Of a stretch of DNA of 64,000 bases, positions 32,385 through 41,927 are shown piece after piece; within the stretch, counting starts at the first letter, position 1; every line of letters starts with the position of its first letter. Source of the DNA: Trichormus sp. ATA11-4-KO1 (GTDB lineage: Bacteria; Cyanobacteriota; Cyanobacteriia; Cyanobacteriales; Nostocaceae); contig JAHHIM010000073.1 in the NCBI GenBank assembly GCA_019358915.1, positions 160,001-224,000 of the forward strand, read 5' to 3'. A program made the translations under genes and the position numbers. Under the pieces are notes generated by a model, which made no database searches, was not told the origin of the DNA, and was given only the letters and a program-made list of their open reading frames with translations.

Positions 32385-32876
32385 TTAGTAATAAATCTTA
32401 CCGCCTCCCCATTTGTCACCCACAATTTTTGGTTGTAGGAGAATATGACCCGCGATCGCTACCAAGTCATCTTCTGTCAGATTTCTCATTTCTGTGAAAA
32501 TATCTGCACTCTTGATGCTGGGATGTAATTCAGAAATTTCCTCTTCCCCGTCATAGGTCGTGGGATTTTTCATGTAATCCACCAAGCCTTCAATGTTATT
32601 GCGGTTGGGTGTCGCCAGTGCCAAAGCCTCTGGTTCTAGTCCCACGTTTTGGTTGGTCTTGGTAACGCCTCCCACATGACATTGGGCACAAGCGTATTGA
32701 AATAGAGTTTTACCTTCTTTGACCTGTTTGAGGCTGAGTACAACGGTATCACCCTGAGCATTTAATGGCACTGTTCGGATAGCTTCGTCCAGTTCCACTG
32801 CCGTTGCGCTACCGACAACCAACTGAAACGTCAGCAAAATGGTAGCAACAACAACGCCAATTAGTCTTCTAAACAT
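32385..32876 (-). CDS. psbV: Cytochrome c-550 of photosystem II
   Basis: CAQCH haem motif, NPTTYDG, WGGGKIYY C-terminus. Confidence 0.97.
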   Translation of the reverse strand: MFRRLIGVVVATILLTFQLVVGSATAVELDEAIRTVPLNAQGDTVVLSLKQVKEGKTLFQYACAQCHVGGVTKTNQNVGLEPEALALATPNRNNIEGLVDYMKNPTTYDGEEEISELHPSIKSADIFTEMRNLTEDDLVAIAGHILLQPKIVGDKWGGGKIYY

Positions 32877-33193
32877 GTTTCCCCTTAAAGATTTTGACGC
32901 TCAACACAGCTAATAAAGCGATGCTCAATCTCCATGTTGCTAACGCCTAATGAATACTGTAGTCTGCTGTTATCTCTGCGATTGTCTCCGGCACTGCGCT
33001 CGGCGCAATCAGTAGGTCTGAAAAACCCATAACAGTTATTAACTGACAGATAGAGATTGAGTCGCTGTAATACCAATATCACGTTAGGAGTGCAATTTGT
33101 CGTTTAAAATACGGTTGCATCTCTAGTGGGGATCAGGAGCTAATAAGTATTAAGTAATGTAAATACTTAATAATTTAATCACCAAAATAGGTA

Positions 33194-34030
33194 TTAACCT
33201 TTACCCCCCGTAAATGTCGCGCCTTGAATAAAGTAGCGGTTGAAAAACGCATAAATTCCTAAGGCGGGGAAAGTGAAGACCATAGAAGCGGCCATAATGT
33301 AGTTCCAATAGCTGATATATTGACCTTTAAAGCTGTTCAGTCCTAGGGGTAGAGTAAACATTTCCGGGTCAAACAGAATCACCACGGGTAGCAAAAAATT
33401 ATTCCAACTACTCATGAACACAAAAACTGCTTGTGCTGCCAGTGCTGGTTTTGCTAGAGGTAAAACAATCCGCCGAAAAATTCCCCAGGTACTTAAGCCA
33501 TCGAGTTGGGCTGCTTCTTCTAGTTCTCTGGGAAAATTGACAAAAAATTGCCGCATCATAAAAATGAAAGTAGCATTAACCATGCTAGGAACAATCATTC
33601 CTTGGTAAGAATTGAGCCAGCCGATCGCCTTCAAAATCAAAAATGTGGGAATCAAGGTAATCTGTGTAGGAACTGCTAGCAATGCCAAAATCAGGAAGAA
33701 CCAGAAGTGTTTGCCCACAAAACTCAGTCTAGCCAAAGCATACCCAGCCATGGAATTGAACAGTAAATTTAACACAGTGACACTGACAGCAATGACTACA
33801 CTGTTGAAAAACCACCGCCAAAACAATGGTTCTTGGATAAATATTTGCCTGTAATTATCGAGAGTAAAATTTTGGGGTAAGAAATTTAAGTCACCACTAA
33901 AAATTTCTGATAGTGGCTTAAAAGATGCGGAAAGTGCCCAAAGAAAAGGAACCAGGGTAATCACTGCATATAGCGTTAGCACGACGTATAACAGGACTTT
34001 CAGCCAGGGAAAGCGAGAAATATGAGTCAT
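33194..34030 (-). CDS. Carbohydrate ABC transporter permease
   Basis: EAA motif ELEEAAQLDG, WNNFLLP. Confidence 0.92.
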   Translation of the reverse strand: MTHISRFPWLKVLLYVVLTLYAVITLVPFLWALSASFKPLSEIFSGDLNFLPQNFTLDNYRQIFIQEPLFWRWFFNSVVIAVSVTVLNLLFNSMAGYALARLSFVGKHFWFFLILALLAVPTQITLIPTFLILKAIGWLNSYQGMIVPSMVNATFIFMMRQFFVNFPRELEEAAQLDGLSTWGIFRRIVLPLAKPALAAQAVFVFMSSWNNFLLPVVILFDPEMFTLPLGLNSFKGQYISYWNYIMAASMVFTFPALGIYAFFNRYFIQGATFTGGKG

Positions 34031-34935
34031 GTCTTTTTGCCTCCAAAAATTCGCCGTTGCATCAAAGTAACGGCAATGATGATTGCTGCTAGCAAAAAGG
34101 CGATCGCCGCCGCATAACCCATCTGTAAATTCCGAAAGACCATTTGGTATATTAGTAACACCACAGTCAAAGTAGCGTTGTTGGGGCCACCAGTACCACC
34201 AGAAAAAATATAAGATTGGTCAAACAGCTGAAAAGTACCAATGATGCCGATCGCCACCACAAAAAAAGTTACAGGCTGAAGCAAGGGAACGGTAACGTAG
34301 ATAAACTGTTGCCACCAATTTGCCCCATCTAATTCTGCCGCCTCGTAAAGTTTTTGGGGAATATCTTGTAACGCTGCTAGATAAATCACCATATAAAATG
34401 GTGCAGTTGACCAAATGTTCATGATCATAATGCCTTTAAGCGCTACTGCTGGGTCACCCAACCAGTTAAAAGTAGGTAATCCCACAAAAGCGAGAACATG
34501 ATTGAGCAACCCATCAGTGTTATAAATCCACATAAAAATTAGGGTTAGCACAGCTGAAGAAGTAACTGTTGGCAAAAACAAAAGAATCCGCCACGAGTTT
34601 TTGCCGCGAATCCCAGAATTCAGCGTTACTGCCAAAAATAAAGCCAAAATAGTTTGAGTGGGGACAACAATTGCTACATACTCTGTTGTATTTCTTAAAG
34701 CAATCCCAACTCGTTCATCTTCCACTAAGCGCGTAAAATTGCGCCAGCCGATGAATTCGTATTCAATACCGCCTAGCAGTTGGACTTTGTGCAAGGAAAG
34801 AAAAACAGCATAAAGAATCGGTAAGATAACAAAACACCCCAACACCAGAATTGTCGGTGTCATGAACATATACCCAGCCAGAGTTTCGGTAATCTGCCCT
34901 CTGGGGTATATTCGCCGCTTGTTAATTTGCAACAC
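34027..34935 (-). CDS. Carbohydrate ABC transporter permease
   Basis: LYEAAELDGAN, MGYAAA; overlaps the next permease (ATGA). Confidence 0.92.
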   Translation of the reverse strand: MLQINKRRIYPRGQITETLAGYMFMTPTILVLGCFVILPILYAVFLSLHKVQLLGGIEYEFIGWRNFTRLVEDERVGIALRNTTEYVAIVVPTQTILALFLAVTLNSGIRGKNSWRILLFLPTVTSSAVLTLIFMWIYNTDGLLNHVLAFVGLPTFNWLGDPAVALKGIMIMNIWSTAPFYMVIYLAALQDIPQKLYEAAELDGANWWQQFIYVTVPLLQPVTFFVVAIGIIGTFQLFDQSYIFSGGTGGPNNATLTVVLLIYQMVFRNLQMGYAAAIAFLLAAIIIAVTLMQRRIFGGKKT

Positions 34936-35082
34936 AACTCAACCTCCGCCTAATCTAGTACCAACCCGGCTGTAGCGATGGGTGGTTCATAATCCTAAGG
35001 TAGCGCGAGAAAAATTGCCACATAATTCAGGCGATCGCGCTTTTTGGTATGGTTTGAAATAAGTATTTTTTGTTTGAGCCTA

Positions 35083-35333
35083 GCGTCAACCAGTAGGTGT
35101 TTTGCAAAAGGGCTGAAGTTTTGCGCCTCAAAAGCTTGTCTGTTCTAGGTTTGAAGCCTTTCATATTCAATAGAGGTTGACGCAACTACACCAAAGCCTT
35201 GTCTGATTTACTTTTGAGGTGATTTTGTTAAATGTTACTCTTGACAAACCAGTGTCTGAAAAGCTATTTTGATTTGAGGTTGACGAAACTGTACCTTGAA
35301 AACCAAATATATTAATGCTTTCAGGCTGGATCT
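35083..35333 (+). promoter_or_regulatory. CRISPR leader with sigma70-type promoter
   Basis: GCGTCAACC (35083-35091) / GGTTGACGC (35175-35183) inverted motif, third copy GGTTGACG (35278-35285); TTGACA (35241-35246) N18 TATTTT (35265-35270). Confidence 0.75.
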
Positions 35334-36091
35334 GTTCCAATTACAAATAATCCCTATTAGGGATTGAAACTCTAAATACTTCTCAGGTTGTTTGATTGCC
35401 TTTAGGTTCCAATTACAAATAATCCCTATTAGGGATTGAAACTTCGACTACATCCCAGGGAAACTGGGAAGTTCGCTGGTTCCAATTACAAATAATCCCT
35501 ATTAGGGATTGAAACTCTAATTCATTGACATCCTCCCACCGCTAACCCTTGTTCCAATTACAAATAATCCCTATTAGGGATTGAAACAAAGCTAATGCAG
35601 AGCAAAGGGATAGCGAGAATATGTTCCAATTACAAATAATCCCTATTAGGGATTGAAACTGGAAGTAGATGGCTATCAAATGCCCAATGGTGAAGTTCCA
35701 ATTACAAATAATCCCTATTAGGGATTGAAACTGGAAGTAGATGGCTATCAAATGCCCAATGGTGAAGTTCCAATTACAAATAATCCCTATTAGGGATTGA
35801 AACTAGTTACTACTACTCTAGGTGTAGTAGGATAAATTGTTCCAATTACAAATAATCCCTATTAGGGATTGAAACATCAAGCATTAAAAATCGATGCCGA
35901 AAGATATCGAGTTCCAATTACAAATAATCCCTATTAGGGATTGAAACATAGTAGATAGATCAGGGATAATCTCGGTTTCTCCCGTTCCAATTACAAATAA
36001 TCCCTATTAGGGATTGAAACCTATTTTAGCAATTTCCATCACGAACTGATTTCAGTTCCAATTACAAATAATCCCTATTAGGGATTGAAAC
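35334..36091 (+). CRISPR. Orphan CRISPR array: 11 identical 37-bp repeats GTTCCAATTACAAATAATCCCTATTAGGGATTGAAAC and 10 spacers of 34-36 bp; repeat resembles cyanobacterial type I-D
   Basis: Repeats start at 35334, 35406, 35479, 35551, 35623, 35695, 35767, 35839, 35911, 35984 and 36055; internal hairpin AATCCCT/AGGGATT; ATTGAAAC 3' end; no cas genes in the window. Confidence 0.99.
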
Positions 36092-36208
36092 ATCGCTTCC
36101 AGCAAACACACGGGCTTTATTTTTCCCTTCTGGATGTTCTGGCTTGAGACAGAAACCTGTGATTTTCTCTATTTCAACGATAGCGCGTTCAGGGTTAGGA
36201 AGTTTCAA
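36062..36208 (-). pseudogene. DUF6883-like gene fragment truncated at the last CRISPR repeat
   Basis: Manual translation from TTG at 36208: MKLPNPERAIVEIEKITGFCLKPEHPEGKNKARVFA, then reads GSDVSIPNRDYL* into the repeat; start overlaps the end of the upstream gene. Confidence 0.7.
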
Positions 36209-37148
36209 AGTTTAATTCGCTAAAAGTTCTAGCTGTCTTTTCTAAGCATAAATCCGCCGCAATTAAATCAATACCATCAATAATATTACTGGGGTTGATA
36301 ATTCGCAAAGCCGTAAAACATTTGTCTCGATAATCGGGGTTATTTTGGAAAAAAGATATCGCTTTTTTTAAAGGTTCAATCACAGGATAGGCTGTTTCTG
36401 CCTTCTCGATAGCCTCTTGAGGAATTGGGGATTTGAGCCTTTGGACTGCCAAATCAATTAAATCTCTAGACTTTACAGAAGAATCATTCCATCTGTCAGA
36501 ATTGGCTAAAAGTTTTTCAGCAAAAATATCAATTTCATTTAAGCATGGGACAGGCGACCAATTGGGATAATCTGGTTCTCCCAATGCAATACGTCCTTCC
36601 ATGATAATCTCAAATTTAATCATAGTTTCATCAACTATAATTGCAAATCTTACCCCATATTGATCAGCTTTAATTTCCCCAGGTAAGTTGAGATTATTTT
36701 GAGTATTAAAGAGGGCATTATATTGATTTTCAGCGATTTTTTGTCGCAGCAAACGATAGCCAATACCAGTAGAACAGAGAAAATCTATATCTTTACTTAA
36801 TCTATATTCGCTATGATTTAAACTAATCAGAGTTCCACCACCAAAATATGCTCCACATTCTAATAAAAAATTAGCATTTAATTGATTAAGAACATTTAAA
36901 ATTTTTTGATGAAATTCCTGATTAAACATTTGCGCCCCTAACCATGAATCATAATATTGAGCTAGCTTTTGCACAAATAAAGCTTCTGTTTGACTCAAAT
37001 CACCTAAAACTCCTCGGTAATGCCACCCTCGTTCATATATTCTGAGCATCTCTAAAAGAGTAAGATTTTCTATATCTTCTCTTTGCCAACATAATCTTTT
37101 TAAAAATGGCAATTTTTCTGATATTTGAATTTGAGGTTTAATAAACAT
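36195..37148 (-). CDS. AbiEii/AbiGii-family nucleotidyltransferase with fused N-terminal antitoxin-like domain
   Basis: FGGGTLI, YRLSKDIDF, EKLLANSDR, SRDLIDL; extra ~73 aa (LCWQR..LRIYERGWHY..YDSWL) before an internal MFNQEFHQKI. Confidence 0.85.
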   Translation of the reverse strand: MFIKPQIQISEKLPFLKRLCWQREDIENLTLLEMLRIYERGWHYRGVLGDLSQTEALFVQKLAQYYDSWLGAQMFNQEFHQKILNVLNQLNANFLLECGAYFGGGTLISLNHSEYRLSKDIDFLCSTGIGYRLLRQKIAENQYNALFNTQNNLNLPGEIKADQYGVRFAIIVDETMIKFEIIMEGRIALGEPDYPNWSPVPCLNEIDIFAEKLLANSDRWNDSSVKSRDLIDLAVQRLKSPIPQEAIEKAETAYPVIEPLKKAISFFQNNPDYRDKCFTALRIINPSNIIDGIDLIAADLCLEKTARTFSELNFETS

Positions 37149-37164
37149 AGGTAATATGAGTAGG

Positions 37165-37272
37165 TAAAGGTTTGTAGTGTAAAGCCCTGACGGGCATAGC
37201 TACGCGGTAAGCACAATTATTTTACGAAAAAGGGCTAGAGCCACTTACTACGAACTTATTTCATTTTTTTTA
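37165..37272. repeat. Dispersed REP/MITE-like repeat, copy 2
   Basis: Similar to 26799-26916; fills the gap between the SBP stop and the AbiEii start. Confidence 0.8.
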
Positions 37273-38529
37273 CTCACTGAAGCGAATTTGCTGATTAGCT
37301 GCATTCTGCGCCCGCACCATTGCCTGCTTTAATGGTTGTTGCCCTAATAAAGCACTAAGAAACTGGTTATCAAAATTATTAGCGATCGCTGCCGGGTATT
37401 TACCTATCTGCCACGGTGTAGCATAATCTATCCCAGCGACCAATGGCGATCGCAAAGCGTCTCGGTCATAACCTAATTTCTCTGCTACTGATGTCCGCGC
37501 TGGTAGTGCAAACCCTGTACCTGTCCATTTTTCCATGCCTTCTTTACCAGTAAGATAAGCAATCAACTCCCAAGCTTCGGCTTTATGCTGTGATTGCTTG
37601 CTCATCACGTAGGCGACAGTAAACAGCATTGTACCTTTTTTAGCATTAATTCTAGGAACTTCTGCGGTGGCAAACTCCAGCAGAGGAAAGGTTGTCTTTA
37701 AATAGGGAATTGCCCAGTTACCCTCAATCACCATTGCCACTCTACTTTGACCAAACATTTCTGTACCTGAGTTTGTACCCACATCAGTTGGTTGGGCAGA
37801 GGAACGGTCTTTTTGATACTGGTCTCCCACTAATTGCAATCCCTGTAAACCTTCAGGACTAGCAAAGGCAGCATAACCATTTTGATCAATTACTTGCCCA
37901 CCAAAGGCTTTAATTTTGTAAGCTTGACGCTCCAACTTTGGCGTGACTCCAAAACCGTATCTACTGATTTTGCCTGTCAACTGCTGAGAGTAGTTACGTA
38001 ATTCATCCCAAGTAGTTGGCGGATTGCTTAAGCCTGCGGCGGCAAAGATTTTTTTGTTATAAAACAACGCTAAGGTGGAATAGTCCTTAGGAAGACCATA
38101 AATATAATTTTGATATTTAAAATTTTCCAGTAAGCTCTCTTCAAAGTCTTCTAGGTCAAATTCCGGGGTAATGTAAGCATTGAGCGGTTCTAGGACATTT
38201 TGGCTCATCAAGAAAGGAGCCGCTAACGCTTCTAGGTAAAAGACATCGGGGGCTGCTTCTCCTACCAAGCGAGTTGTCATCACATCCATATATTGGTCAG
38301 AAATCACCTCATATCTCACCTTGATATGTGGATGCTGTGCCTCAAAGTCTTGTAGTACCTGTCTCAATAATTTTTGCTCTACCGGATTACCTGCCCAACC
38401 GCTAAGTTTAACGGTGACTGAGGTAGGGGATGATGGTGTGATTGCCGGTCGTAGATTGTGGAAACCAATAACGGCGATCGCGATCGCTATCACCAGTCCG
38501 AAAATTTTCACCCAAGTTCTTTTACTCAC
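37270..38529 (-). CDS. Carbohydrate ABC transporter substrate-binding protein
   Basis: N-terminal anchor, APDVF, YGLPKD, LFYNK, PPTTWDEL, AMVIEGNW. Confidence 0.9.
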   Translation of the reverse strand: MSKRTWVKIFGLVIAIAIAVIGFHNLRPAITPSSPTSVTVKLSGWAGNPVEQKLLRQVLQDFEAQHPHIKVRYEVISDQYMDVMTTRLVGEAAPDVFYLEALAAPFLMSQNVLEPLNAYITPEFDLEDFEESLLENFKYQNYIYGLPKDYSTLALFYNKKIFAAAGLSNPPTTWDELRNYSQQLTGKISRYGFGVTPKLERQAYKIKAFGGQVIDQNGYAAFASPEGLQGLQLVGDQYQKDRSSAQPTDVGTNSGTEMFGQSRVAMVIEGNWAIPYLKTTFPLLEFATAEVPRINAKKGTMLFTVAYVMSKQSQHKAEAWELIAYLTGKEGMEKWTGTGFALPARTSVAEKLGYDRDALRSPLVAGIDYATPWQIGKYPAAIANNFDNQFLSALLGQQPLKQAMVRAQNAANQQIRFSE

Positions 38530-38715
38530 AAGCAGATGCCAGCTCTTTCATCTCACTTATATCTTCTGGCTCTGTAAACTTATATTTTAATAATCTGTAT
38601 TTTTGTTGAGAAATGCAATATAAAATAACGAATAATTATTACCCAAGTTTACAAGGGAATTTGAGTTCCTCAGTAACTAGACTCATCTAGGGTGCGTTAC
38701 CCGTAAACAAAAGTT

Positions 38716-40107
38716 ATGACTTCTGTTCAACTTGAAACAACCGCACCGGTGACTCTGGAAATTCCCCAGATTACCTCATCGCCAGTAGTACTCTCTCCCA
38801 GTTCACGAGTTGCTAAAAATGCAATTCGCACCAGTTTAAAAGCCTCAACCCTGGATGCCGTTTTCGCTGCGGTTTTCTCCATCAGTACTGGCGGAATTTT
38901 GCTGAGTAATTTTCTGGTAGAGTTAGATGCCAGTCCAGTAGTTTTTGGGATGTTATGCTCTATCCCGATGCTGGTAAATCTGATTCAACCCTTGGGTGCT
39001 TACCTATCAGAACGCACTACCAGTCGCTTTCAGTATTCCCTTTGGACTCACGGGATGGCTCGGCTATTGTGGCTAATTTTGGTAGTAGGTATTACCAGCT
39101 TCAGCTGGGGAGGTTTTCATAATTCCCATCAATTAATCGTATTAACACTATTAATTGTCCTATTCAGCCATCTTTTAGGCGGACTAGGAAGCGCATCTTG
39201 GCTAAGTTGGCTAGCAATCATCGTTCCTAGGCAATTGCGAGGCAGGTATTTTGGTATACGTAATAGCGCCGCCAGCTTGACAAATTTGCTCTGTGTACCT
39301 TTGGCAGGTTTAGCCGTATCACACTGGAAAGGCGGGACTTTACAAGGTTATGGAGTAGTGCTGCTAATTGGTGTTGTATTTGGCATTGTAGGACTAGGGT
39401 GTCAGTATTTTAAAGTGGATGTGAATCCAAAATTACAGAACACTGATATTAATTACCCGATAAAAGATGAATTGGGTAGTGAATTAATTTACTCACCAAA
39501 GCTGACTTCTCCACAAAACCAGCTAGTGAGCAGCATTTGGCAAAACTCCAACTTTTTAATGTTTTTGCTTTATTTCAGCTTGTGGATGTTTGCGGTGAAT
39601 ATCAGCGCCCCTTTTTTTAACCTCTACATGCTAGATACGCTGGATCTAGATATCAGTTGGGTGACACTATACAGTAGCCTACAAGCCGGGGCGAATTTGT
39701 TGATGCTGATCCTGTGGGGAAAATTAGCAGATAAAGTTGGCAATCGTCCCATTTTGATTTTCGTGGGAATTCTGGTTGCAGTCACACCACTTTTATGGGT
39801 GGGAATTGGTACTAACAGCCTTGGACTCTGGCTCTGGTTGCCGCTATTGCATATCTTAACTGGAGGGACTTGGGCAGCAATTGACTTGTGTAACAACAAT
39901 ATACAGTTAGCGATTGCACCAATTAAAAACCAGTCTATTTATTTTGCGATCGCAGCTGCCATTGCTGGGGCTAGTGGTGCATTAGGCACAACCATCGGCA
40001 GCTTAATCGCACAATTTACCAACTGTGGCGGCTTACTAGGACTGTTTGCTCTTTCTAGTTTGTTGCGCTTACTAGCACTTGTGCCACTTGTTTTTGTCCG
40101 GGAGTAA
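38716..40107 (+). CDS. MFS transporter
   Basis: About 12 TM helices; RGRYFG, WGKLADKVGNRP. Confidence 0.88.
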   Translation: MTSVQLETTAPVTLEIPQITSSPVVLSPSSRVAKNAIRTSLKASTLDAVFAAVFSISTGGILLSNFLVELDASPVVFGMLCSIPMLVNLIQPLGAYLSERTTSRFQYSLWTHGMARLLWLILVVGITSFSWGGFHNSHQLIVLTLLIVLFSHLLGGLGSASWLSWLAIIVPRQLRGRYFGIRNSAASLTNLLCVPLAGLAVSHWKGGTLQGYGVVLLIGVVFGIVGLGCQYFKVDVNPKLQNTDINYPIKDELGSELIYSPKLTSPQNQLVSSIWQNSNFLMFLLYFSLWMFAVNISAPFFNLYMLDTLDLDISWVTLYSSLQAGANLLMLILWGKLADKVGNRPILIFVGILVAVTPLLWVGIGTNSLGLWLWLPLLHILTGGTWAAIDLCNNNIQLAIAPIKNQSIYFAIAAAIAGASGALGTTIGSLIAQFTNCGGLLGLFALSSLLRLLALVPLVFVRE

Positions 40108-40176
40108 GGAGTGGGAAGATGGGGAGTGGGAAATTGACACCTATTTCTCCCCTGCTCCCCTGCTCCCCTGCCCCCC

Positions 40177-40349
40177 CAGGGCTGTTTCATTCCCTAAAAA
40201 AGGTAAAATTGCAAGGGCAAATCCACAATTAAGACCGAAAATTTTGGCATCTTCAGTCCGAAATACCTGATTTTTCTTTGCGTCTTTGCGCCTTTGCGTG
40301 AGATTATCCTCTTGACAAATCTCCAACACAAGCGAATGAAACAGCCCTG
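40177..40349 (-). mobile_element. 173-bp MITE, copy 2 (inverted), with near-perfect 10-bp target site duplication
   Basis: Perfect 16-bp TIR CAGGGCTGTTTCATTC / GAATGAAACAGCCCTG; flanks CCTGCCCCCC and CCTGCTCCCC; 5 differences from copy 1. Confidence 0.92.
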
Positions 40350-40373
40350 CCTGCTCCCCTGCCCCTCTGCCTT

Positions 40374-41324
40374 CTATTCAGCCACAGTAGAACTTAAGCT
40401 CATAGTCTCCCACAACACCATAGGATGTGTGGTTGGTACGGGTTGGTGCAAAGCAATCAGCTGCGCTAAGGTGTTTTTTAACTGGGTACGAGAAACGATA
40501 TCATCCACAAAGCCATGCTTTAGTAAGTCTTCTGCGGTTTGAAAGTCTTCTGGTAGTTTCTCTCGCAGGGTTTGCTCAATCACTCGCCGACCAGCAAAGC
40601 CAATGGTTGCTTTTGGTTCGGCGATGATGATATCTCCCAACATGGCAAAGCTAGCAGTAACGCCGCCTGTGGTGGGATTAGTCAAAATCGGGATATACAA
40701 TAATCTGGCATGGCGATGGCGTTCTAGGGCTGCGGATATTTTTGCCATCTGCATTAAAGAAAGCATTCCTTCTTGCATTCTCGCACCACCGGAGGTGCAG
40801 ACGATAACCACAGGATACCGTCGCTGAGTGGCTTGCTCAATTAAGCGGGTGAGCTTTTCTCCTACAACGGAACCCATACTACCGCCCATAAAGCGAAAGT
40901 CCATAACGCCAAGGGCAATGGGTAAACCGTTAATTTGACCTAAACCAGTTTTAACAGCGTCTACTAAACCAAGTTTTTCTTCCATTTCCCGCAAGCGATC
41001 GCTGTAGGGTTTGCGATCGCGAAATTGCAGGGGATCTGTGGGGCGCAGATGCTCATCTATTGGTTGCCAGGTATTGCTATCTATCAGCTGGCGGATGCGT
41101 TCATCGCTATCTACTCGATTATGATGGCCACATTCAACGCAGACCATCTGATTAGCCCTAAGGTCTTTTGTATAAGTCAATACACCACATTTCGGACACT
41201 TATGCCACAGACCGTCAGCAATTTCACGTTCTTGGCGTTCCAGGTTGGTAGATCCTGATTTTCTGCGATTTGCAAACCAATCTAATAGAGACTTTAAACC
41301 GCGTGATTCTTCGTTGTTTGCCAT
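40374..41324 (-). CDS. accD: Acetyl-CoA carboxylase carboxyltransferase beta subunit
   Basis: C4 zinc finger, [31 protein letters not shown]. Confidence 0.97.
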   Translation of the reverse strand: MANNEESRGLKSLLDWFANRRKSGSTNLERQEREIADGLWHKCPKCGVLTYTKDLRANQMVCVECGHHNRVDSDERIRQLIDSNTWQPIDEHLRPTDPLQFRDRKPYSDRLREMEEKLGLVDAVKTGLGQINGLPIALGVMDFRFMGGSMGSVVGEKLTRLIEQATQRRYPVVIVCTSGGARMQEGMLSLMQMAKISAALERHRHARLLYIPILTNPTTGGVTASFAMLGDIIIAEPKATIGFAGRRVIEQTLREKLPEDFQTAEDLLKHGFVDDIVSRTQLKNTLAQLIALHQPVPTTHPMVLWETMSLSSTVAE

Positions 41325-41927
41325 TTTTATCTTTTTTTTAAGTGGGTATGAGGTTGAAAATATATCAAGCCACTAAGGGATGCCCAGGTTAAAAAGTCCT
41401 AAGCCTAGAGTCATGAATTGTAACTCTTGACCTACGCTTTCAAAGTCTCCAGATTTGCTCTTGTACAGATGCAAGTAACACCCCATTTTAGCTCTTGATT
41501 CTTGACTACAATCTCAAATTACGCTTCTAAGCAATTCAGACCTTATTTTGCATCTTTGGTTGCCAGCTTAACGAAAATGCTGATGCCAACACAAGCCTCT
41601 TGCTAGCCTGAATTTTGTAAACAGATTGGCAAAGTCAAGGTTACTAATCTATCAACCCCTAAATTAAGATGCTCTTTCTCAAACCCAACGGAACTCCTAG
41701 CCCTAATTTAATCATTCCGGTTGCTAGTTTGTGAGCAGTTAACACCTACATACATTAGTTGTGCTTGCCAACGGTCACTCTTTATTAAGAGGGTAATACA
41801 AGTCACAGGCTGATATTACCAAAAGCTCAAGGGGCGATGGAGTAATGACGACTACAATCAGGCCGAGGGGACAAGGGGATGGGGGGACAAGAACAAAAAT
41901 ACTTTTTTCTCACTCAGGAAGGAAGGA

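Noticed and set aside
32151..32438. ORFs starting MLEICQEDNLTQRRKDAKK (here and at 40141-40329)
   Set aside because: These are translations of the MITE sequence, not genes.
35542..35751. 69-aa repetitive ORF on the minus strand
   Set aside because: Artefact of reading through CRISPR repeats.
36136..36178. Possible degenerate 12th CRISPR repeat (GTTC...TTTCAAC)
   Set aside because: Wrong length, no internal similarity to the repeat, and better explained as coding sequence of the DUF6883-like fragment.
35040..37381. Absence of HIP1 sites in the island as evidence of foreign origin
   Set aside because: A longer HIP1-free stretch appears to span core glgB, so a 2.3-kb gap is not informative.
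32131..40349. Composite transposon formed by the two inverted MITE copies around psbV, the ABC genes, the CRISPR array and the MFS gene
   Set aside because: Each copy has its own distinct 10-bp target duplication, indicating independent insertions, and the enclosed genes include core psbV next to its usual neighbour petE.
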